Assembly (NCBI GenBank): GCA_024626585.2 | Contig: JANKJI020000004.1 | Coordinates: forward strand, 177,813,378-177,834,438 | Source of the DNA: Ginkgo biloba | Lineage: Eukaryota; Plantae; Ginkgophyta | Length of the DNA: 21,061 bases | Direction of reading: 5' to 3' | Shown here: positions 1 through 10,107 of the stretch, piece by piece | How positions within the stretch are numbered: position 1 is the stretch's first letter | How the letters are laid out: every line of letters begins with the position of its first letter | Notes under the pieces: model-generated | Database searches by the model: none | What the model saw: only the letters and a program-made list of their open reading frames with translations | What the model was told of the DNA's origin: nothing | Program-made: the position numbers and the translations under genes

Positions 1-1418
1 TGATCCTTGGTTGAATAGGAGTCGAAGGGGTCCTGGCTATCGGGTTGCTCCCTAGTTGTGTCAGGGAATGAGAGGAGACCGAGGAAGTAGTGGCTCTCCT
101 GCCTCGGGGATCCTTCCTTCAAAGGTTTCTAGGGAGCGACTGCTCCCTGGTCCAGACACCACTCCCTGATCAACCCAGGAATCACCATGCCTGCCTAAGA
201 GGCATCTGAACTCATGCGAGGATCTTCAATCTTCAGTGATAATCTGCCTCGATTAAGCTACCCTGCATCCCAGTATATATGAGCCATGCCGTGATCAGTA
301 GGTTCTCGAAAAGAGAGATTATAGGATGGCCTTTGAAAACTCCATAAGATTCATGAACATTATAATTTCTATAAATCTAAGTGGCTAGCTAAAGGATACA
401 CATAAAGCTGGGACTTGAGGTCAAGAGATCATGCTAAGAAAGGCCCTTACTGATGCGAGGGGAAAACAGTCAAATTTTGGGTGTATGACTATGAGGCTAT
501 GCACAGGATGGTATAGGAAGTGTAGGAATGGAGGATGTGGGTGGTTATGGTTAAACATTGGGCCTAACTTGCTCCTTTCTTGTGCAAGTAGGTCGTGTGG
601 TTCCTCTGATTGTAGTTATGTAGCGAGAGGAGGATGAAATGAGTGGAATTGCAAAGAAAGATGGATGAGAAGGATATTGTCTATGAACACCACCTCACTT
701 CATATAAACAGTTACTTCCCCCTGATAAGGACGAGCAATAGGACTTCATTACAGACCTCTCTTCTACGATGCATGTCTTGACACGACATGTGATCCACTT
801 CTTCTAATAGGTTGATCCCTTTGATAGAGTGGACAAATGCTCCATCCTGTGAACTTCGGCCCATATCCTGATCTCTTATGGTGTTGGTGCAAGCATTGGA
901 GGATTTGTAAAGGGGTTGATGCAGGAAGAGGGCAGTGAAGGTGTGTCACCATCGATGAAATCTCTTCCTCAAATGAGCCAAACCCTCCAGGAGAGCACCG
1001 AGTAGCCAGGACATGTGGGATATAGCTCAATCTTATGAACTCAAAAGATGGTCTCCTAGAATGAAAACTTGTGGGCTATGGAATGATTTCATCCTTTTGC
1101 AATTCGGAACCATGGGTGTACCTACATCCAAGGGCATATCTGTCTCACGGAGGCACTTCTAGTGTTAGAACTTCTTCTTCATCATTATACTTCGCTTACA
1201 AGCTATGAGAATATCACATGTAACAGACATCTTATTTGTAATACTTCATCTGATGGAGGTTATTGTAATTGGCTTCTTATATAATAAGAGAATTTGTTTC
1301 ATGTTTTTTTTTAATACAATTCCACCTTCTAGGACTGTCTTTTTTCTTTTTACAATCTAACTTCAAAACATACAACCAGGACAAAATCGTGGGGGGTGCC
1401 CCTTTTAAAGGGTCAACA
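1..1418. mobile_element. Probable LTR/non-coding retroelement sequence, ending in an LTR-like terminus (...GGGTCAACA at 1418) that truncates the copia RNase H
   Basis: No recognisable protein. The stretch ends in CAACA (TGTTG on the minus strand) at about the point where copia RNase H homology starts. Orientation and internal boundaries are unresolved. Confidence 0.35.
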
Positions 1419-1767
1419 AGAGGTAGCAGTAGCAATAGTGGCTTCATTTGAAGTTATTTGGTTGAGAAAGTTGTTATTAGAGTTAAGAATCATGGCTAAC
1501 AATCCTACTTATATTTATTGTGACAATCTTTCTTGTATTAAACTTGCCTCCAATCCCGCGTTTCATGACAAATCAAAACATATCGAGATCAAGTATCACT
1601 TCTTGAGGGACAACGTGTCTAATGGAGAGGTTTATCTCGTACAGGTTTTCACTAAAGATAATGTTGTTGATATTCTCAATAAGCCTTTGCAAAAGGCTAA
1701 GCTGGAGACATTTTGTGTAGGTCTTGGTTTGGTAGAGAATGAGATCTTGATGAAGAGGGAGTGTTGA
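1419..1767 (+). pseudogene. Ty1/copia pol C-terminus, RNase H domain (5'-truncated fragment)
   Basis: EVIWLRKLL...IYCDNLSCIKLASNPAFHDKSKHIEIKYHFLRD...VVDILNKPL matches the copia RNase H motifs (WLR.LL, CDN.S.I, NP.FH.R.KHI...HF.RD, D.LTKPL). The frame ends in KREC* overlapping the PPT/LTR start. Confidence 0.92.
1752..1761 (+). other. Polypurine tract of the copia element
   Basis: GAAGAGGGAG directly followed by TGTTG. Confidence 0.85.
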
Positions 1768-2555
1768 GATTTATTAATCAAGGCTCAATTCTCAGTACTG
1801 CTAGTTTTAGCAAGTTGCATGTTTGTGTTATTTTTAGCAAGTCTTATTTTTAGCAGGTGGTTATTCTAGCAAGTGGTTATTTTTGATAGATGGTTATTTC
1901 TAGCAAGTGGTTATTGTTAGCAGGTGGTTATTTTTGGCAGATGGCTATTTTTGGCAGATGGCTAGTATTGGCATCTAATGAAGTGCACCATCCCTATTTA
2001 GGGCGAACTTTGTTCATGGTTGNNNNNNNNNNNNNNNNNNNNNNNNNNNNNNNNNNNNNNNNNNNNNNNNNNNNNNNNNNNNNNNNNNNNNNNNNNNNNN
2101 NNNNNNNNNNNNGGAGTCAAATCTCTAACCTTATGGAGTTCGTGGAGTATTTCCAGTCATAAACATGTATGTTTAAGTCTTGGAAGAGCCGAATTTAGTT
2201 AGGTGTTATTTGAGGCCTTAAACTCAAGAATAGACTTAGTCTTTGGTAAGTGTTATTAATACAACCTAGTCTTGGTTATATATATATGGGCCTAGCCTAG
2301 GTCTTTTGTAATGTATCTTGATTGTGAGTTTCTTTAAGATGTAGTGGGCGGCCAAAGGGACATTCTCTGCTGTAATAAAGACGATTTTTCAACAAATCCC
2401 ATGCATGGTTTGAGTTCTTGTTGGTTCATTGATGTTCTAATGTACAATCTCATGTTTGAGAGGAATAAACACTGTTATTTGGTTTTTTTTTGCTGCGTTT
2501 ATTTTCTCTGCATAATGATTTATATAGTCTCATTACCATGCCAAATATCTTAACA
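1762..2555 (+). mobile_element. 3' LTR of the copia element (contains a 90-N gap)
   Basis: Starts TGTTGAGAT after the PPT and ends ATCTTAACA (8/9 inverted match). TATA-like TATATATATAT at 2277-2287. The following AGAAG (2556-2560) would be the right-hand TSD. Confidence 0.75.
1828..1973 (+). repeat. Tandem array, about 8.5 copies of a ~17-bp unit (TTATTTTTRGCARRTGG) in LTR U3
   Basis: Units read directly: ttatttttagcaagtc / ttatttttagcaggtgg / ttattctagcaagtgg / ttatttttgatagatgg / ttatttctagcaagtgg / ttattgttagcaggtgg / ttatttttggcagatgg / ctatttttggcagatgg / ctagtattggca. Confidence 0.9.
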
Positions 2556-4837
2556 AGAAGATCCAACACTTGGATGCATACAATGCACAGTTTATCATAA
2601 CACAATTCTAGGTTAAAAAGCTAAAGGTACCCAAACAATAAATGTGTCATATTGACAACCTATATAAATATGAAAATCACATCATGGGTCCAAAAACAAT
2701 GTCATGCAAAAGCAAATAATCATATAAGTAAATTGTCTTTAGACTCAATAGGTCAATCAATCTTTACACAAGCTAAACAACCACACCACACTCAAATCAA
2801 AAACTTTCTAGAAACAAGTGCATTTCAACAAGAAGGTGTTATGTCAAGTTTAACCATGGACTTATCCAAGCCATTATGACTCTCATTTATCCATCCCTTT
2901 GTTACAGCCCAAGAAAGTCACGCAAATCTTCTATCAATAAGTGTGAAAAGCCCACGTGTCTTTAGAGGCTAGCGCATGCATTTTATAGCTTTTGATGAGC
3001 ACTCCAAATAAAGTCACAAAGAGAGGGAAAATTGTAAAGAGAAAGTCCAAAGGGAGGCTCTAGTTAGGGGCGCCTCCCTTTTTCATGTAAATTCAACTAG
3101 TGGAATGCCACAAAGAGCTCCTTGAGGTATAAGGGCAGCTTCAAGGCTAAGCCTAGCTATTATGCGGTACATTGTGCCCATTTTATGTTATGTGAGAGAG
3201 CTTATTTAGGCTTGGACAACCCTTAGGACACTTTCATGTTCTATTCTGAAGGCATTATATCACCTTTGGACTACTTTTTGCACTTTGACTATGGAACCTC
3301 TCTCATGCAAGTCGCACTCTCTAGGCATTATATGTTTCATTCATAACTGAAGCCGAAGGATTCTCTTGTACAATGACTTCTATTGCATATTTTCACAAGG
3401 AATCAACTCAGATCTATTCCTTGGCTAAGGGGGACCTCATTGGAGGTGTTGGTATAATTAGGGGCACCTTGAGGGCCCCACACTCCACCAATGGGGGNNN
3501 NNNNNNNNNNNNNNNNNNNNNNNNNNNNNNNNNNNNNNNNNNNNNNNNNNNNNNNNNNNNNNNNNNNNNNNNNNNNNNNNNNNNNNNNNNNNNNNNNTTC
3601 AGTAGAATAAAGCTTCTACAAAACAATGACTGCTCCAATCACCAGACAAGAATGAATACTCCAAAAGGCTCCAATAGCAAGATAATAACAATGAGGCTCC
3701 AATACACATAATGCTCCAATAGGTAAATGTAGAAGCCTATTCCACAATTTTGATGGAAATCCTCCAGTAGCCAAATAATGCCATGAAAAGGCCCAGTGTT
3801 CAAAAGGAGGATACGGTTAGTGACGTATAAAATAACCTGATAGGTAGATATTAAGTTTTAACAGTGAGCAGCATAATACATTTTCGTCCAATGAAAACCG
3901 CCCTCTCCATTAAGACATCAAGGAGCTATATTCTTCCACCAATAGTCAAGCCACCTTTATAATTCCCGCCCTACCAGTCATTACAATGCTCGATGTTGAT
4001 GCTGGTGTATGCTATCTTTTTTCCCTCCCTTCGATTCATATTTTACCTGGCCTCTCCACACACAAATCCATGACAATCCCTGCCATTGATCCATGGTCAT
4101 CTTCATTACTTTCCACTATTGCTCTGAATTGCCATTGTATGTAAATCATTACAACTTTTTTCAGTATCCTTTACTGGTTATTGGCTCCAACAAAGGCATT
4201 GCCAACCCTAATCAATAGTTGCCAGTTGACCAATTGTATAAAAGAGAAATCCCTCCAATTGGTCCTACTACATGGGTGAATAATCCAAAATATAGGACCA
4301 ATTAAAAAATTGTAGTTCACTTTAAGCTACTGGCTCTTAAAATGCTTTATATTGAAAACAGAGTATTAAAGGAGGGAGAGACACTAGAAGCCACAAACAA
4401 TAAAAAAGAGTTTATATAAAATAAAATATACTTTTTTTTAACTATATATAAAATAAGCATACCAAAACTTATCTCTTGCAAATGCCAAGTTCTGTTCATG
4501 CCATGATGTCTTCACGCTAGTTGAATCTAAGAACCACAAGATTACTGCTATATGCAAACTACCACCTCTCAACTTTAAGGATGTCAAAAGTCAAAATTTG
4601 GGTCCAATGGCTGAAATGTTATCAACTACAAAGGCTTTCCCAACATATATCAGGATGCTGAAAACAAAGGATGAATGGTTCTCTTACATCCATCTGAAGT
4701 ATGTACACATGAGAAGTGCTAGTTGATCGCATCAATTTGAATTCCTTAAATTCCTCAAAACAAGGACAGTATTCAAGTAGAATGTCATCAATGTGTGCAC
4801 AGCACCTTCAAATTATATTCTACATGAGAGGACAGGA

Positions 4838-5152
4838 TCACGGGTAGATTTCAAGTTACAATTAGAAGAACACAAAACACCAAATATTTTCCCAGTACAA
4901 TTGGTCTACTGCAAGGTTTTCTTCATTAATTTGAATGCTGCAGTACAATGGAATTGATCCAATACAATGTGATGATATTACAATGGGTACGTGGTCCATA
5001 AATAGATGCCCAAAGAATAACCATCTCATAACTTCCTTCGGAAGTTATGAGTAGTAACTAATTACAATATTAATTACATAATTACACAAGATATTATTGT
5101 TACAATGAATAAACATAAAAGGTACAATGAAAAAACATTAATTATTCCAACA
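4838..5152 (-). mobile_element. LTR (probably solo; copia-like), copy 1; left boundary approximate
   Basis: Minus strand begins TGTTGGAATAATTAAT at 5152, with TATA-like CTATTTAT near 5000. Shares collinear blocks (AATTGGTCTAC, TGCAGTAC, TACAATGGGTA, AATAACCATC.CATAACTTC, TAAACATAAAAGGT, ATTAATTATTCCAA) with 20013-20306. Confidence 0.7.
5025..5051. repeat. Perfect hairpin/palindrome inside the LTR (12-bp stem, 3-nt loop)
   Basis: CTCATAACTTCC-TTC-GGAAGTTATGAG. Confidence 0.9.
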
Positions 5153-5698
5153 AAAAATAAGGTCTTTCCCTTTCTTTTGTGAAGTCTCTCTAGGTGCCAT
5201 CTTCAAATTACCTCAATCATCTACAACTCTAAAACGTTCTTAGGTATTCAATTCTCAATTTGCTAGAACTTTGTTTCAATAATGCTCATGCGTCATTCAA
5301 CAGGTTGGCAAGCATCTTATAATAGGGTTTTAGTTTAACTAGTCTATCATTAGGGTTGGTAGTGAAGCATCTAAAGTAAGTCACGTCTATGATACTTTTT
5401 GTGGATCGTTTTATGCCAATGTCGATATGATCTTATCGATGTCAATGTCGATAGGTTATTACTGGTGAAAACTTTCTTGTATATCTGCCTTCATCATCCT
5501 TTGTCAACCATTCTAAACTTCTCCCAATGCCAAACCCCCACACTAATGTCATCCTCTNNNNNNNNNNACAAAAGCACCAATGACCTTCAACTAAGCAAGT
5601 TGTCTAGTACCAAGCATTCTTCCTATCTTTGTCATATCCGTACCTAACCTACTATGTACAATTATATCTTCTCTTATTTTATTTGAGTTAGCAACGAC

Positions 5699-7945
5699 TT
5701 AAGCAAGTTGACATCTATTCACTACAGCCTTCACTGGTTGTCCATCCAATGTGTGTAGCTTGACAACTTTGTTATCGAATTGTTGATGAATGGCATATGA
5801 TCCTAACCATCTCATCTTTAGCTTCCTTAGGTTCTTACATTTTTTGTCATACAATAGAACTAGATTGCCTATTTGAAATTCCTGTCTCTTAATGTATCGT
5901 TAATGCCAAGCCTTCTGTCAATGCTTCTGTATTTCTTGCCTCCATTTACCCAGTTGTCTTGTTTCCTCCAATCAAACTAGTTAAGTCAACCATCTTGCAA
6001 TGATATATGATCTCCCCATCTCATATAAGTAGCAATCCTGAAACTTGACACATCGAATTCCATCAATACAATGGCTTCCAATCCATACACCAACTAAAAT
6101 GGTGTATCTTTTGTTAACCATTGATAAGTTGTTCCATGCACCTAAAGAAAACCATGTTTGCATTCATCCCAATCTAAACTATTAACACTACATACTTTAG
6201 TTACACCTTGCTCCAAAATCTTATTAAACACATCAATCATGCCATTTGCTTTTGTATGGTACGAACTACTTTCATGATATTCAATCATGAATTCCATTGT
6301 TAGTTTCAATAGTCTAGCTGACAAAAAGCTTACTTTGATCACTGAGAAGACTCTTTGGGCATCCAAATCTTGTAGTGATTTTTTCAAATATAAACTTAGA
6401 TGTAGTGTGTGAAGAACAATTGACTGTGACTAAAGCTTCATCCCACTTAGTGACATAATCAATGGTAGTGATAATGTACATGGCTCCTAACATATTTGCA
6501 TGCAAATCAATGGGTCTAATGAAGTCAACTGCCCAATTTTCAAATGGTGCTTGAACCAAGGTAGGATGCAATGGCACCTCATCTCATTGATTTAGTTTGT
6601 ATTCCGACATGCTAACATACATCACATTTCCTCAAAACTAGAATGTATCTTTGAATAGAGTGGGCCGCCAAAGACTGACTTGAAGAATTCTATGCAATTG
6701 TGATGCCTTGGTCGTGTCCTTCAGCGATGCCATGGGTTTCCCAATGTATTTGTCGAACTTCATGTTCCATAATGCATCTTCTCAATGCTAAATCCAGGCC
6801 CATCTTGTACAAATGACCCTGAATCAATTGATATGGTGCAAATCTAACAAAAAGATTTTTTCCTTTGTTTAACCATGTACCCTTCAGGTGCTTCACCCAT
6901 CATTAGAAAAGTACCAATATCTAGTAATTTAACCAAAACAGCTTCAACGTGAAACAAGCGGGCATCTAGGAGCTCGTCGTCAATGTCAATCCCTTCTTCT
7001 CTAATATCAATCCTTGACAAATGGTTTGGTCCCACATGCAACTTTCCAAGCTTGACAAATACCTTAAAATCAAATTCTTGGAATAATAGCAATCATCAAC
7101 TAATTCATCAATGCAANNNNNNNNNNNNNNNNNNNNNNNNNNNNNNNNNNNNNNNNNNNNNNNNNNNNNNNNAGGTAGCTATAGAAGAGAATGTCTAAAT
7201 TTTTGTAAAGTACCATACCCAAACCTTCACGCTCTATGGTGGAGTAATTCTTCTTAGCATCACGTAGCTTATGTCTTGCATACATTACAAGTTGGTCAAT
7301 TTTACATTCACTCAATTGTGCTCGCACTACTCCAATTGTTGTTGACGATGCATGGACATGCACATGTAAAATCTTTGACTAGTCTAGAAATCTCTAAATT
7401 GGTACTTTGACCATCTTTTTCTTTGATGCTTCAAATGACTATTAGCACTCTAGAGTCCAAAGAAATTCTTTGTGCTTCTTTGATAACTCCTCTAATGGAC
7501 CTGTGAACATATTTTTCTTATGAACATCCAATAATAACCTATACGATCGAGAATTGCTCTTACTTGTGTCACTTATTTTAAAGGATGCAAATCCACCATG
7601 GCAACTATCTTGGCCATGTCGAACGTCAATCCTTCTCGATAGACGACATGTCAAAGTAAGGTTGCAAATGGTGCTCCAAAAATGCATCACTTCAAGTTCA
7701 ATAATATCCTCAATTGTCGACATCTTTCTAGCATTAATCAAAGAGTGGCAACATGATCCTTTATTAGACCAAAGATCATCCAATCATCCATATAGACTTC
7801 CAAAAGATTTTGAATAAATTCCTTGGACGCTGCACTAACAATATGCAAAAATATTGTTGGAGCATTCTTCAACCCAAAGGGCATAACCCAATATCCCCAT
7901 TCAGTTGTGAATGTTGTCTTCACCTTATCTTCTTCAACAATCTTC
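5699..7945 (-). pseudogene. Decayed Ty3/gypsy pol (RT - RNase H - integrase), non-chromoviral, Athila-related
   Basis: RT: KTTFTTEWG..VMPFGLKNAP, YMDD at 7783-7794. RH: HVHAS...KKNYSTIEREGLGMV, LLFQEFDF...GPNHLSR. INT: PFENWAVDFI..., DYVTKW.EA, RFGCPKSLLSDQ, YH..ANG, and C-terminal QKAWH.RYIKRQEFQIGNLVLLYD...KLKMRWLGSY (GPY/F-type). Many stops and frameshifts. No chromodomain seen. The 5' part of RT is lost at ~7945. Confidence 0.93.
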
Positions 7946-8755
7946 TAGTAGCATCTTTCAAGATCTACTAAGACTACTTATGTCATTATAGAGAACCAAC
8001 CCATGCTACAATAGCTTTTCATGGGATCCACTTGAGTTATTTGTGGTTATGGGAATTCGTCCCCAACACAGATCGTCTAGGCCAACTGTAAAGGCTTGTA
8101 GCATTATACGAGATCCCCCCATGTTATTTGTATGTACACAAGAGATTGACTCAAATTGTTTGTCACATTGAAATTGATCCCCCACATGCATCATCCTAAC
8201 TAGTCATCTACACTTAACATAAGGTCCTATAAGCATTAGTTATCCCTCATAGCTCTTACATACCCGAAGGTTTATTAGGTCTTCAGAAGCATACATAAGG
8301 GCATCTGATCTTTAAGCAACAAGTCATTCAATCCAATTAGCTCTTGTATTCAATGGATATTTTTATGTATTTAGGATGGTTTTCTAGAATGCTTTTTTAT
8401 AAAACACATTTTGTATATTTGGCCTTGAACTAATTGTAGAATGCTACTATGGTCTATAGGCTTTAAATTACAAAAGAAGGAATTTGATGTTATGTTACTC
8501 TAGTACACACTCATGGCTACAATATTCCTTTGGTTGCATGGATGTGGCTTATTGTTTGTATATAATTATTATTTTTAATTTTATGCATGTGTGCTTGCTT
8601 GATTTATGTTTCTTTGTTAATTCATTTACTTTTTCCTTTATTTTATAAATAACATNNNNNNNNNNNNNNNNNNNNNNNNNNNNNNNNNNNNNNNNNNNNN
8701 NNNNNNNNNNNNNNNNNNNNNNNNNNNNNNNNNNNNNNNNNNNNNNNNNNNNNNN

Positions 8756-8996
8756 AACTTGCTTAAATCCCTCCCATACAAAGATGGGCAATCTCCCTTG
8801 TTGGTGTTACCCTTCAAAAAAACTTCCCCGCCATAATAAAGCGTGTCCCCTTACTTTTAGCCTAGCAAAATGTATCTTTTGAGTGTGATATGACATAGCT
8901 GTAATATTTTAGCCTCTCAATTAAGTCCAACTATCCTTCCATTTTAATTTGGAACCCGTTATCACGAAATGACAACATCTGGTGACCCAACAAGGA
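8756..8996 (+). mobile_element. 3' end of a 5' LTR (...GACAACA at 8977) followed by PBS-like TGGTGACCCAACAAGGA (8980-8996)
   Basis: CA-nn-TGG geometry typical of an LTR/PBS junction. Cognate tRNA not identified. Confidence 0.5.
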
Positions 8997-9544
8997 ATCA
9001 ATAGCCTATAGAGAATGGTGGAAATATTCGAAATGATTATAGAGAGATCCACAATGATGGAGGAAACAAAGCCAACAAAATATATCCTGCTCAAAATGAT
9101 TTTTCACATAATGTACGAACCTGCATTGCAACAAGAAGGCCCTTAGGAACCTAATCCTGACACCAATATAAGTATAAAAATCATCACAAGAAGCACACAA
9201 AATATTGAAGAAGAAGAAGACTTGCAGATGATGATGATGAAGAAGAAGAAGGTATACGAAGCAAGAAAAGAACATACAACTAATAAGGAAGAGACCATTC
9301 ATAGAAAATCACATACTGGACACATTATGAAACACAGAATTAATTTTTGCATGGAACGATTTTTTCAAGCCCTCTTCTCTTTAGTTTTATTTGAAAGTAG
9401 TGAAGACGAAAATCCCGAGAGGTTGCCACTTGCAAAAAAACCAAACCAGTCCTACAATATTAATATTATTAGACATGAGAGGCTAGGATCCTTTCTAGGA
9501 TTGAATATATGAGCCACCTTGACAAAGGTACATGAATACCATGC

Positions 9545-9700
9545 ATGAGGCATACCTGTTGGCAATTCTAGCAAGAAATAAACTTTATCAAATTTTATCC
9601 ATGTATTGTCACATGGACTGAAATACATTCATTACACTTGGCAGCAACAAACAGTAGCAACAAGTGTTTTCTATATGCACTTTGAGGATAAAGCATGTTA
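9545..9700 (+). pseudogene. Highly decayed chromodomain end of a chromoviral integrase
   Basis: Frameshifted LAILAR...IVTWTE...TWQQ....F..HFEDKA* resembles P..IL.R...LV.W....ATWE....FP.LEDK. It is immediately followed by a purine tract. Confidence 0.5.
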
Positions 9701-10107
9701 AGGGGAGAAAATTGTTGTGAAACCTATTTTGGTGAATGTAAAACAGTTAGCATCAGTAACTGATTATTTTGAATGTGTGTGTGTAACTGTGTTAGGGTCT
9801 AGACATCCAGGTTAACTAGGAGATTCTGTCATTCTAGTACTATATAAACCCCAATGGCTATCGTCATTATTATCATTTACAAATCCATTTTCACTTAATC
9901 CTTTAGCAGGGAAGTTCTATCAGAGGATGATGTTGAAGGCAGCCCATCTTGAAGAGAGCAAAGCTATCTTTTGCACCGAACTCCATCATATATAGTGGAG
10001 TTACTTCATATTTTGTTTATGTATCGATCTTATGTTCCGTTATATGCTTGGTGAATGATGATTAAATATTGCTAGTTCATATATGGTGAAAATTATTCAT
10101 ATCCACA
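9700..10107 (+). mobile_element. PPT (AAGGGGAGAAAA, 9700-9711) plus 3' LTR starting TGTTGTGA at 9713; end at 10107 (..CCACA) or beyond the gap
   Basis: TTTGAGGATAAAG...AAGGGGAG...TG is the usual chromovirus INT-end/PPT/LTR pattern. TATATAAACCCC lies at ~9841-9852. Confidence 0.6.

Noticed and set aside
1828-1973. Repeat array as a CRISPR
   Set aside because: Units are head-to-tail without unique spacers, sit inside an LTR, and the context is eukaryotic.
4257-4303. 11-bp inverted repeat AATTGGTCCTA/TAGGACCAATT
   Set aside because: Short, with no TSD or other element hallmarks.
4457-4726. 89-codon stop-free plus-strand frame
   Set aside because: No recognisable motif, no convincing splice sites or start. 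Compatible with chance.
9222-9512. ORF MQMMMMKKKK... as a host gene
   Set aside because: Produced by GAT/GAA triplet runs inside the retroelement-like interval. No domain is present.
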